In this document: positions 47,358-57,929 of the stretch, in pieces | Layout of the letters: each line of letters starts with the position of its first letter | Numbering within the stretch: the first letter of the stretch is position 1 | DNA from: a virus | Virus record (IMG/VR): IMGVR_UViG_3300000318_000003 | Strand: one strand, 5' to 3' | Length of the DNA stretch: 64,000 nucleotides | Program-made: the position numbers and the translations under genes | Notes under the pieces: model-generated | Databases searched by the model: none | What the model was told of the DNA's origin: nothing | What the model saw: only the letters and a program-made list of their open reading frames with translations

Positions 47358-48241
47358 AAAAATACCCCTATACCGGTAAAAGTATAGGGGAAACAAGAAT
47401 GAGTATTAACTAGACACAAATCACCACACAGCAGGGAGAAAGTCTATGGGCGAAACTTTTACTGCTGTGTAGTTATTTATATTGATTGTAACATCGTGCT
47501 TGTGAATTTGCAAATAAAATTTAAACCTTAAAAATAAGGCAAAATTTAGGCATTTTAACATCTCTCGCTGTGCTGCTATTGCTCAACACTGTTGTTCTTG
47601 TTTTTAGTGCGTTTTTGTAGCAAAAAACCCTACTGCTGCGTATTACAACAGTAGGGCCCGACAACAAAATGCTTGCAAATCAAGCACACTATTTATTATC
47701 TGTGAGTCTTCTTATCGTGTCACTCTGTTCCTTAACACGCTGTACTAACTTTATTGTTCTTGCTTGCTGATACGTTTGTCCTTTGAGCTTTGCTATCAAC
47801 ATCTCTTCTTCAGTAAGATTGTAGCTGTCCATGTTATTTCCAGTTAAATCGTTGTGCATCTCTTTGATACCACTTTGTAAGTCTACTGTCGCAATCTTTG
47901 TATTCATCCCTGAACTCTTTGTTTGTTCTTAACAACTGATACAATTCTCCATTAGGTAGATTCCCATACTTTAGTTTAAACATAAGTGCTTGCTCTGTGT
48001 TATACATATTGTCCTTGTTGTAGTGTGCTTTACATCATAAAAGTTGCAAAACCCCGGTTTTGCAAAAAACCTCAAAACTCGTGCACAAGTGCGGCAAAAA
48101 TCTTAAAAGTTGTTAAAATACATTGTTCTGTTTTTATAATTTACTAACTTATAGTTATTTGTAGCTAAAAGCGTGTGCACGTTTTGTGCATTGGGCTATT
48201 TTTGTGTGCACAAACTGCCTCAACTTGTGCACAAACTTGCG

Positions 48242-49960
48242 TTAATCCTTGTTGTAGATGATATTTTCTGGAAAGCTCAACAGTATCTCTAAGTTCTTTA
48301 AATCAACAGGCTTCTTAAAGAGCACAGTGCTGATATCAAAGTCTCTATCACTGCTATTTGCTATCACATAGCTTGTTGCTTGCTTAGTTGCAACGATGTT
48401 ACTCTTAAAGTTGTATTCAATTCTAGGACGTGCATTACCTTCTAAATATTCATACTCGATCTTGTTCTTTTCAAGATATAGCTTCCAATCATTCTTAAGT
48501 GAAGCATCTTTGTAGTTTTTAAATCCAGTGAGTGTAATTACAGTATGTTTCAGTACTTCCCAAGGTAAGCAGCTATTCTTTTGTAATACGCTAATCATGA
48601 AGTCGAATATAAGATCTTTGTTGCTCTTCTGATCACCAAAACGTGCCTTGTAATCTTGTCCATGCAGTGGAGACAAAACATCCATACTAGCAACATCGTG
48701 TTTCATTATGATATGCGCAAGCCACTTACCTACTTCTGATCTGTTCTTAATAAGAGTGTTGATACTATTCACAAAGACTTTTGCTTCCATTATATCCTTA
48801 GCAAATCCTTGTTTCATAGCTTCATCAATCATTACTAAATTAGTAGTCATCACACTATATCGTCTATCTTCACCGCCTATACCAGTACCAGCTAACTTAA
48901 CAACACCGTTCTGATTATTACTAGTGAACAGAATGTTGTAATTTCTGTCAGCTACAGTAGCATCGATACCCTTCTTTTCGATTCTAAGATCTTCGCTACC
49001 TGTTGCATTCTTTAACTTCCCTTCTGGGAGTTCGTTCTCCTTAGGCTCATCATAGTGCAGAACAATAGCCATTTCCCAGTTTGCATTAAAACCATCCATG
49101 AGTTCTTTATATGCAGCAGGTTGCATGCAAGGATTAGTAAAAATAGTCTTCATTAGCTCCGCATATCTGCCCTTACCGTTACCGCCAGGATTGCCGCCAA
49201 TGTCTAAGTTAGGAGTGTTAGCAACTTTATCGGGATTAAGATACTTAAATGCAATCCACTGTTCTAAGTGATTAATATTCTCTTGCTTGCCACCACCAAT
49301 ACAATTAAACAAGAAATCAAATCGCTTATCATAATTTTGCATGCCATCAAAGTCAGGTTGTACCCAAAACTTAGTAATAACACTTGCCTTGTTATAGATG
49401 TCGACCTTGTCCCACTTGCTCTTATTAAAGCTACAAGTTGTAATAAGAAAGTCTCTATTAAGTGTCTGAACATAATCTGTAAGTTCGTTTCGCATTTCGG
49501 CCTGCCCGAGTGTTAATAAAGACCCTGCAAACTTGTTAAACATTCTGCCTACTTTATTAGCATCGATCATTTCAAAGCGAGGATTACAGATGTTATCGTT
49601 TCCCTTTTCCGACATGTCTTTGCAATAGATAAACTTATTTTCTTGAATAAGATATCCGATATGATACTTCTCTACAAGTGATTTAATAATTTCTTGCTCT
49701 TTTTGTATCTTTACATCTAAACTATCTTTCTTGTCTGCATTTGTAAGATTAGCCTTATCTTTGTTCAGTTCTATGATTGCTTGTTTTGCATTCTTAATAG
49801 CTTGAATAGCAGCATGTTTTTCGACATTATCCATAGGCAAAGACTTGCCCATAGTCTTTCTTAAATCTATTTCGGTTAACTTCTTATTCTCTTCCGCAAT
49901 AATATGGGCTTGCGCATCGATTTGTTCTTGTATTTTCTTTAGTGTCTCTTCAATCTGCAT
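48242..49960 (-). CDS. SF3 helicase (copy 2)
   Basis: Copy of 12781-14499. Confidence 0.85.
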   Translation of the reverse strand: MQIEETLKKIQEQIDAQAHIIAEENKKLTEIDLRKTMGKSLPMDNVEKHAAIQAIKNAKQAIIELNKDKANLTNADKKDSLDVKIQKEQEIIKSLVEKYHIGYLIQENKFIYCKDMSEKGNDNICNPRFEMIDANKVGRMFNKFAGSLLTLGQAEMRNELTDYVQTLNRDFLITTCSFNKSKWDKVDIYNKASVITKFWVQPDFDGMQNYDKRFDFLFNCIGGGKQENINHLEQWIAFKYLNPDKVANTPNLDIGGNPGGNGKGRYAELMKTIFTNPCMQPAAYKELMDGFNANWEMAIVLHYDEPKENELPEGKLKNATGSEDLRIEKKGIDATVADRNYNILFTSNNQNGVVKLAGTGIGGEDRRYSVMTTNLVMIDEAMKQGFAKDIMEAKVFVNSINTLIKNRSEVGKWLAHIIMKHDVASMDVLSPLHGQDYKARFGDQKSNKDLIFDFMISVLQKNSCLPWEVLKHTVITLTGFKNYKDASLKNDWKLYLEKNKIEYEYLEGNARPRIEYNFKSNIVATKQATSYVIANSSDRDFDISTVLFKKPVDLKNLEILLSFPENIIYNKD

Positions 49961-50906
49961 TCTCGTATTTCCTCATTATTTGTTCTTTTATTTCTTTCGC
50001 ACTCAATTGTTTCTTAGCCATTTTAAAATTAGGCTCATACTTTCTAATCATGTAGATAAGTGATCCTATGCCCAAGGGTCTACTTCTACTTCCCTTTGTG
50101 TTAACTTTTCTTTTGTACTCTCCCTGTTCTCGTTCTGGCCATAACTGCGATAGCAAGTTAAGTCCTGCATTAGTTCCTATTTCATTAGTAGTTGCAAAGA
50201 TAATAGTAATCCACTGTGTGTAGTTAGGGTTAGGATAATATTGCTTAACTTTTTGCAGCACTACTTCTAAATCAGTTTGTGCTACGAAATTATGCTCTTG
50301 CACTTCTCTTACTGCAGGTTCTCTACTTTCGAAGTTATCGGGACTTATTATTGCTCCTTTGTTCCATATAGAATAAGCAAAGTTTCTATTAGGACCACTG
50401 TGCAGATAAAAGCTCTGACTCACACTAAAACTTGCTGGATCTACATCCCTAAAAGTTTCTAGTATTGAGTCCTTCTTAAGATCGAACTCCTGCTTAGTCA
50501 TCATTCTACTAAAGGGCAGCACTACCCTAAATCGTTCATTAGTAGGAGTGTGCCCAAAAGTTGTGTAAAGAACATACTCTAAGCCTGTAAGATCAGCAGT
50601 CACATCTGCTATTGTTACATCCTTATCGTAATCGAGCATTAGCGCCCAAAGTCCTTCAGCATTCTCAGTGCATCTACGAATAGTACCGGGAATTTCTTCC
50701 CATGTACTTCTATCAGCACTTGTATATTTTCTGCCAGGTTGCCCATCTTGCTTGAATTGCCATGTGTTGAATAGCATAATGTCTTCTTTAACTTTTGTTT
50801 CATTAAAAGTTGTAAGCACTTCTGCTATTTCTTCCCACTCAGCATCTAGATTTGTGTCATTAGTGGAGTATGCTTGTTGCACACTTCCGAACATCGTTAG
50901 TCTCAT
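49950..50906 (-). CDS. AEP primase (copy 2)
   Basis: Copy of 14489-15445. Confidence 0.8.
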   Translation of the reverse strand: MRLTMFGSVQQAYSTNDTNLDAEWEEIAEVLTTFNETKVKEDIMLFNTWQFKQDGQPGRKYTSADRSTWEEIPGTIRRCTENAEGLWALMLDYDKDVTIADVTADLTGLEYVLYTTFGHTPTNERFRVVLPFSRMMTKQEFDLKKDSILETFRDVDPASFSVSQSFYLHSGPNRNFAYSIWNKGAIISPDNFESREPAVREVQEHNFVAQTDLEVVLQKVKQYYPNPNYTQWITIIFATTNEIGTNAGLNLLSQLWPEREQGEYKRKVNTKGSRSRPLGIGSLIYMIRKYEPNFKMAKKQLSAKEIKEQIMRKYENAD

Positions 50907-51642
50907 TCTTCTCGATACCTTGCTTTTACATACTCTTCTACAGTCCAATGATGTGATTCTATAATTTGTTCACAGTATTTTCTGATGGCAGTTTGAGTAT
51001 CAGTTAGATTAATAGTTGTATAACCATTACCATAAGCATTCGCACCACCATATAACAATGAAGTTAAAATATGATATAAATCAACTTTAGTAGCTAAACA
51101 GCCATCAACTGCATCGAATACTGTTTGTGGATCACTTCTTTTAAGATGCCTTGCAAGTTTGTCTTCTTCTGATTCATTCATTGTCATCGTCCATCATCCT
51201 GCCATAAGCATCAATAAATTCATCTCTGGTCCAATAATTCTCTTCTAGCAACTTTGTGATGACTGGATCATGCGCTTGTGCTTGACCTCCGTGCTTATAT
51301 TTTGGAATACCTGGATGCCATGTTGTTGGTCTATTAGGGTAGTTGTTGATTATGGTTATCATATCGTGGAGATTAGGTTTCTTAATGTGTCTGGCAAGTT
51401 TGTCTTCAGGAGTTTCGTTCATTTGTTTTCCTTGCCTGTTTCATTAGACTATCAAACACATTAACCATGTTATCTTGAATTTTACGAATACTATATCCAA
51501 GATATTCTTCAGAGGTCCAACCGTATGGTTTTAAGTATTCTGCTAATTCTTCACCTTTAATTTTAAACAAAGGTTCCGGTATATCTTCGAAGTTTGCTTT
51601 TTGTAATTTCTTAAATGTTTTGTCTTCTGGTGATTCACTCAT
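50903..51642 (-). other. Three tandem paralogous small genes (copy 2)
   Basis: Copy of 15442-16181. Confidence 0.7.
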
Positions 51643-52193
51643 TTCTTTTTCCTCTTTTCTAATAGTGCTCTTGTTCCTGCACTCATAAATCTATCTTGCG
51701 GTTTCTCAAAAGAATACAAAGGCTCTTGCCAGTCGAATAAATCTACACCTGGGTAGCCTGTTCTTGTTTTCTTAATTAGATTAGCGGCCTTTTTACGTGC
51801 TTCTGCTTCTTGAATTTCGCGGTCTCTTTCTTGCAAAAATTCTGCAGCAGTTGTAAACTGTTGGCCTTTGCCTCGCATAACAAGTATAGCGTCTCGTTCG
51901 GCTGCTTGCAACGAATCCCCGGCCTTCATGTTGGTAAGGTCATAGCCTTCCATGAGCAGGGTGTAGACCCAAAAGTCTTCATAGTGCTCAGTACATGGGC
52001 CCACTTCCGCTAAGGGTACAAGCTCCCATTGCTTGCCTTCTGCTTCTAGTTTTCGTATGTGCTGATACTTTGCTTCCGTGCCCTTAGTTTTGCTATAATT
52101 GTGTTCACGCAATCTGCGTGTCACATCTTTAGTTCTTCCTACGTAGAACGGAGCACCTTGTACTTCACACAGTGCATAAATTGTTTCTATCAT
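51639..52193 (-). CDS. GIY-YIG nuclease (copy 2)
   Basis: Copy of 16178-16732. Confidence 0.8.
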   Translation of the reverse strand: MIETIYALCEVQGAPFYVGRTKDVTRRLREHNYSKTKGTEAKYQHIRKLEAEGKQWELVPLAEVGPCTEHYEDFWVYTLLMEGYDLTNMKAGDSLQAAERDAILVMRGKGQQFTTAAEFLQERDREIQEAEARKKAANLIKKTRTGYPGVDLFDWQEPLYSFEKPQDRFMSAGTRALLEKRKKK

Positions 52194-52399
52194 ATAATTC
52201 CTCGTTAAATCCCACCTAGTGTTTAAAGAATATACTTGCTGGCCAGCAAGTATATTCACATGAGGTAAGATACACTAACAACTGAGTGCTAATGTACTGA
52301 ATAAAGTTCAGTCTAGTATTTATAATGTGAGTACAAAATTCGGGTTTAAACAGGCAAAAAATGGCCACTTTATAAATATGTAGTCAACAAAGGAGCCTT

Positions 52400-53008
52400 A
52401 TGACAACAAAACAACCCCAATCAACACAAGTTATGAAATTTATTTCTAAAGAACAAGTCTATGCAGCCTATGCTAACGGAGTCTTTGACGAGGATATCAT
52501 AGCAGAAGACACGTACGATACCTATGAAGAAAATCGCTTGCAAAATCCTTCAGGTCTTAGTGAGTGGAAAGTAAAGCAAGTCCTCGAAACTAACAAAGCA
52601 ATCGAACTCTGGATGCTAATGGAAACTGATTACGATGTAGATTACACCGATGATATTATTAGCAAGTGGACACAGCTACCTATAAATCTTCGTAAAAAAG
52701 ACTTAAATTCTGTCTCTAAACAACGTCTCGCACCCGTAACACCATTTAAGGCTGTTATGAACAAAATTAGCGCGAAAAAGGCAGAAAAAACAAAGCTAGC
52801 GCGCATCGTAAAAGTGTTTACTAACGGGGATACAGAAGTTGTAGAGGCAGAAGAGCAAGACTCAGATGGTCCAAGACTGGGCAAAGAAGTGTGCTACAAA
52901 GGCACAGTGATTGAATCGATAAGTGAGGCAGCACGACAGCACGGAGTAACACGCAATCACATTCGTGCGTGGTGCAAAAAAGGAATTAACGGATGGAGTT
53001 TTAAGTAA
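52400..53008 (+). CDS. NUMOD1-like HTH protein (copy 2)
   Basis: Copy of 16939-17547. Confidence 0.65.
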   Translation: MTTKQPQSTQVMKFISKEQVYAAYANGVFDEDIIAEDTYDTYEENRLQNPSGLSEWKVKQVLETNKAIELWMLMETDYDVDYTDDIISKWTQLPINLRKKDLNSVSKQRLAPVTPFKAVMNKISAKKAEKTKLARIVKVFTNGDTEVVEAEEQDSDGPRLGKEVCYKGTVIESISEAARQHGVTRNHIRAWCKKGINGWSFK

Positions 53009-53283
53009 TGGCAAGACCTTCAAGACCAATAGAATTAACTTTAGATGGAAATACTGCGGCCACTACTATTCAGTTTGCAGATACTTTGTATGTTATTACT
53101 TACAAAGGTAGATTTATGACAGAATGTCAGACTAGATACTCAACTAATCTACCTAGAATTAGATTCAAGACATTTTGTTCTAAGATATCTGCAGTAAAAT
53201 CTGCAAAGAAGTTTAATGAGAAATTTAAAGTTAGCGATTTTGGCGTTCAAGAAATAACCATGGAGATGCTTAATGAGCTTTAA
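53008..53283 (+). CDS. Hypothetical protein (copy 2)
   Basis: Copy of 17547-17822. Confidence 0.65.
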   Translation: MARPSRPIELTLDGNTAATTIQFADTLYVITYKGRFMTECQTRYSTNLPRIRFKTFCSKISAVKSAKKFNEKFKVSDFGVQEITMEMLNEL

Positions 53284-53773
53284 TGATGAAGAAATTACTG
53301 CTGAAATAATGGGATCAGAGCTCTGGGAAAAGTTCAACACTGAATTCCCCGATCTAAAGAACAAATTAGAATCTGTTTACGTAGCAATGTCTTATCGCAA
53401 CAGGGCTATAGAAAAGAGAAAAATTGAACTAGTCAAGAAAAATGAGTTGTTAGGACAGGCAATTCAAGATCTTGCAGCATCTGAAAATCTTACTGAGAAA
53501 GAAAAAGATGCTAAAGAGCGAAAGATAAATTCTTTCATTATGCATAATGAAAAATATGCGAATCACACTCAAACAATCACCCAGCAAAGAGATGTGCTAA
53601 AGAAGATTGTCGATCTTGCTAACTTAGCATTCGGCACAAGTGTTCATGAAAAGAAAGAAAAAACTATCGAGCCTTCTAAGCCTATTGAAGGAAAAGTTAG
53701 TCATAGCTTTATCTTTTATAGAAAAGTAGACAAGGAGTGGATTACTATTAAGGCAAATGCTAGGTACCACTAA
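53273..53773 (+). CDS. Coiled-coil hypothetical protein (copy 2)
   Basis: Copy of 17812-18312. Confidence 0.65.
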   Translation: MSFNDEEITAEIMGSELWEKFNTEFPDLKNKLESVYVAMSYRNRAIEKRKIELVKKNELLGQAIQDLAASENLTEKEKDAKERKINSFIMHNEKYANHTQTITQQRDVLKKIVDLANLAFGTSVHEKKEKTIEPSKPIEGKVSHSFIFYRKVDKEWITIKANARYH

Positions 53774-54892
53774 AAGAAAAGCCCCAAAGCTTCTTTACGC
53801 GATGGGGCTTTCTGTTGACGCCTTAGCCGGGACTATCAACGGTACCAAGGTAGTGGTATTCTGTGAGTAGTGATAATAAAGACAGTTGCTCCAAAACTGA
53901 GTTCTTTTTCCATATTATATAATCTTCAAGTTATTTATTAGTTTTTGTAGCTTTTGGCTTTAATAGCTTTTCTTTTAGCTCTTCGACCATTGGCGCAATA
54001 TCGGAGTGCTTATACTGCTTTGCTTCTTTCTCTAAAGTAGCGTAGCGATACATGTCGCCATCACTAATGCTTATTACACGCCAGCCATCTTTAGCTTCTT
54101 CTGTGCATAATTTTTCAAGTGAGTCATAACCGTGCCCGGTGTCTTTTATTCGTTTGTATTCGTACATTACAGTTTCTGAATCAATGAGTTAATTAGAGGA
54201 GATGCACCGTTCTTACTAGGGGGAACAAGAATACCTGCTTTGACTGCCGACAACTCTTGTAGAGTCATTCCGCTGTCATCTAGCTTTTGCTTGAAGTCAT
54301 TGAAGATGTTTACACGCGAAGTATGATCATCTTCGCTCTCACCTTCATAGTAGTTGGGATAAGATAGGAATGCGTACAGATCATTAATCTCTGTAGGCAT
54401 TATTTTTGGAGGTGCTTTAAGTTTTTGCATAGTTACCCTGTTGTTGAGTAACTATTTATACAGGCCACTTAATTTTGATTCTTATTTACGGCGCTTGCGC
54501 AGATCTGCTCTACGTGCTTCCATATCTTCTTCGTACTTCTTGTGATCTGAGTGCTTCTTTTCGTACTCACGCTTTTCAGAAAGAGCTATGGCCACCGCTT
54601 GCTTCTGCGGCTTGCCTGCTTCTACTTCTTTCTTAATATTTTCGCTAACAGTTTTATCTGAGCTACCTTTCTTTAATGGCATAATTATTCCTTTGTATTA
54701 TCGGTTGATTTTGGCATACTACGTTCTATATATCTCTCAAACGAGGTATGTCCAGCTATAAATGCCAAATAGGCAATGTAGTATTCGGGATTAAGTGTTC
54801 CTGCCCAAGCAAGCTTCAACACAATAACCATTGCAACAATGTGTCCTATAATAGCAAGATAGCGGCGTATTAGAATACTACCGCGATTGCCA

Positions 54893-55201
54893 TTAAGCGG
54901 ATTTGTCTTTTTCGTCTGTACTGGTTTTTTCTGCAGCATCACATGTCTCCGGATCACTTGCTCTATTATGGAAGTGACCACATACTGGGCAAACTTTTGG
55001 CTCAAGTGATGGCTTAATTAGCCTATCCCACACCCAGCCTACAATCATCAAAGAGGTGTAAATCACTGTAAGCAAAATAGCCCACTGACTAAGGGGAACA
55101 CCGAATAGAATTAATCCCGCAGTTGCCACCGGTGGTATAGTTTTTATCATAGCTGATCCTGTAATAGCATCTGCTGCACTTGAAGTAATCTCATCACGCA
55201 T
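54893..55201 (-). CDS. Holin candidate (copy 2)
   Basis: Copy of 19432-19740. Confidence 0.55.
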   Translation of the reverse strand: MRDEITSSAADAITGSAMIKTIPPVATAGLILFGVPLSQWAILLTVIYTSLMIVGWVWDRLIKPSLEPKVCPVCGHFHNRASDPETCDAAEKTSTDEKDKSA

Positions 55202-55435
55202 TTCTTGTCCCTTTAGTTTTATATTTAGCATATTTTTACCTTCAGAAGATTAAAAACATCCTTGTTGGAGTCAATCCTGTAGGCGCAACATATTGTTTTG
55301 CTCCCACAAATGGCACCCCATTATAAACGAAGTCGAGTGAATTTGTGTTCTGCCCGACTTTCGATTCCACTTGAACAAAAGGGACTCCTTCATATGCGAA
55401 GTCCAATGTTCCTAAATCATTTGCTGTAGGTAAAC

Positions 55436-57733
55436 TCATGCCTGGCTCACTGTGAAATCGTCAACATAAACACTTGCATTAGCACCATAACATTGAACAA
55501 ATAACTGAACCACACCTTGCACACTTGGTGTAAATGTAATTGTCAATTGTTCCCACGTATTGATCGCAGCCGATGCCGATGCCGAAGTAGTAGAAACACC
55601 CGCAATTTGCCCACCGGGACATACAAAGTTTGTTGTCAATGAAGTAGATGTTCTATAAACCCATATGCTTGCAGTAACTAAAGAAGAAGCATTGCAAGCA
55701 ACAGTAGCCACAGGGAGACTAAGCGGCGAAGTACTGGTTGCAGCACCAAGAACAGTTGCAGCATTATTGCTTGTCATCTTCCAGCTAATACCGCTTGCAG
55801 TATGTCTTGTGCTTGTATCGGTTAAGATATTTCCGCGATATGTAGGATAGTAAATTCTATTATCAGTAGAAGATGCATTATAACCTTGCCAGTAAACTGT
55901 AGGAAGTTCTGGCTGTGATGTAGATACTGTAAAAGTAGCAACAGTGCCCGAAGAAGAAGTGTTATTTAGTAACAGTGTTGAATTGCCATACATCTGAACT
56001 GCAGAAGCAGTTCCGCTTATTGTTCCATAATTTATAGTGTTGGAACCGTTACTTACACAAGTAACACCATAAGAAGTACCGGATACTGTAATACCACTTA
56101 AATTGACAATATTGTTCACTCCGTTAGCAAAAACAATATTCGAAGCTAAACCGGTTGCAGATGGTGGCGCTGTCATTGCTGATGTGACATTGATTATATT
56201 GCCTAATGTAGATACTGTGATACTTCCTATAATGATATTTTGCGAAACATTATATTCAACTTTGCCAAGATTATAAGTGCTGTATGATCCACCAATTGAC
56301 AATCCATATGAGTTAACTGTGGTTGTGTTACCACCGTTTCTTCTACAATTTGTTATTGTATAAGTGTTGCCTGTAGAAGTTCCCGGCGATGATGCCAACA
56401 AATCTGTCTGTTGATTAGTAAGCCCACCACTCGAATTACTATTTAAATTTACAACTGTAACCGATGACTGAAAACCACCAGCATTGGAATTTCTGATACC
56501 AATGGTAGCCTGTTGAATATTATTCACAGAAAGTGTGGAATTAGTAAAAGCACTGGATGTGTTAATTCCATAAGTCAATCCACATAAATTATCTGCAGTA
56601 AATGATATATTAAGTGGTCCACCACTTATATTCACACCTGCGTAAAATTTAGAAAAATTTATGTTCGAGAATGTAACATAAGAAGCACCGATAGATAAAG
56701 CATAACCTTCACCATTATAACTTGCAATATAAGTATCACCGGTTTGTGTACTCATATCAGTAGTATTCCACCCACCACTAAAGGTAATAGGATTACCGGA
56801 CGCACCACCTTTAGTAATATTGCCAAATGTTGTACCAGTAATTGAACTATCAACCAGCGAACTAGGTAACACAATGGATTCGCGCTTGTATAATTCTACA
56901 GTTCCTGTAGTTCCAGAATATCCTTGTGCTTGAACAGTTGATAAGTCTTGGTTGAAAGCTTGCATTAACGAAATTGTGGTACCATTAATAGAATCAATGT
57001 TCCACCAGCCTTCTGTACTAGTATTTCTATTACTAATTAAGGAACTCAATGTTATAGAATCAGCCGAACTACTTGCTTTACAAGCAAGAATGTTGTTCAA
57101 CAAAATAGTAGTGGCGCCGCGGTTTTGTGTCCTATACAAAGCAATAGATTGAATAGCAGAACCAAGTGCTCCACCAGTATCTACTGTAATACAATTCCAT
57201 GTTGCAGTAGCTTTAATATATGGAATATTAATTGTATTCACAACTGTAGAACCGGCAGTGTCTGAACATAAGCACAATTGATAATCATTGTCTGCTGCCA
57301 TTGACCCTGCAGACATATACAACCAGAAACTAACCTGTTGATACGAACTAAAGTTCTGCGAAGAACCTAACGCAAAATAGGCAATTAATCCAGTTGTAAA
57401 AGAAGCAGTTGCTGATATGCTGGAACTAGTGGCACCCAATTTACGAGTTGTGCTAGTTGTAGAAGATGCGTTTGCATTTGTAGACCAAGCACCGGTAGCC
57501 TGAGAAATATTGCTTGTTACAGCCGTAGTCAAAGTAACAGTCTTAGATCCATCAGTCCATGTTGCATTCTGACCAGTATCAGTATAGGCTGGACTAGCAA
57601 TAACACGCACTGAATCCCCAGATGTAGGTGCTTTAGCAGACCATCCTGTAAAACTTTTTAAGCGTGTAGCAAAAGAGGTGCCAGCAGAGGCATCATTGCC
57701 ACCGGTAGGGTCAATATACCATGTTGTTGCCAT
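55436..57733 (-). CDS. Tailspike-like protein (copy 2)
   Basis: Copy of 19975-22272. Confidence 0.6.
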   Translation of the reverse strand: MATTWYIDPTGGNDASAGTSFATRLKSFTGWSAKAPTSGDSVRVIASPAYTDTGQNATWTDGSKTVTLTTAVTSNISQATGAWSTNANASSTTSTTRKLGATSSSISATASFTTGLIAYFALGSSQNFSSYQQVSFWLYMSAGSMAADNDYQLCLCSDTAGSTVVNTINIPYIKATATWNCITVDTGGALGSAIQSIALYRTQNRGATTILLNNILACKASSSADSITLSSLISNRNTSTEGWWNIDSINGTTISLMQAFNQDLSTVQAQGYSGTTGTVELYKRESIVLPSSLVDSSITGTTFGNITKGGASGNPITFSGGWNTTDMSTQTGDTYIASYNGEGYALSIGASYVTFSNINFSKFYAGVNISGGPLNISFTADNLCGLTYGINTSSAFTNSTLSVNNIQQATIGIRNSNAGGFQSSVTVVNLNSNSSGGLTNQQTDLLASSPGTSTGNTYTITNCRRNGGNTTTVNSYGLSIGGSYSTYNLGKVEYNVSQNIIIGSITVSTLGNIINVTSAMTAPPSATGLASNIVFANGVNNIVNLSGITVSGTSYGVTCVSNGSNTINYGTISGTASAVQMYGNSTLLLNNTSSSGTVATFTVSTSQPELPTVYWQGYNASSTDNRIYYPTYRGNILTDTSTRHTASGISWKMTSNNAATVLGAATSTSPLSLPVATVACNASSLVTASIWVYRTSTSLTTNFVCPGGQIAGVSTTSASASAAINTWEQLTITFTPSVQGVVQLFVQCYGANASVYVDDFTVSQA

Positions 57734-57929
57734 TATTCAATTACCTCTTGCGTTATTACAGAACCGTCAGGAAGTGTATAAGCACTACCATCATCGTTCG
57801 GTGTTAATTCCATTGCTATTTTATTCTCCAGAGTGTCATCCATTAACGCCCTGAAGAAGTTATCTATTTGTTCACGGGTAAAAATGCGATCATTCGCTAT
57901 GATCGCATCAAGTAATTCTCTTGCTGTCA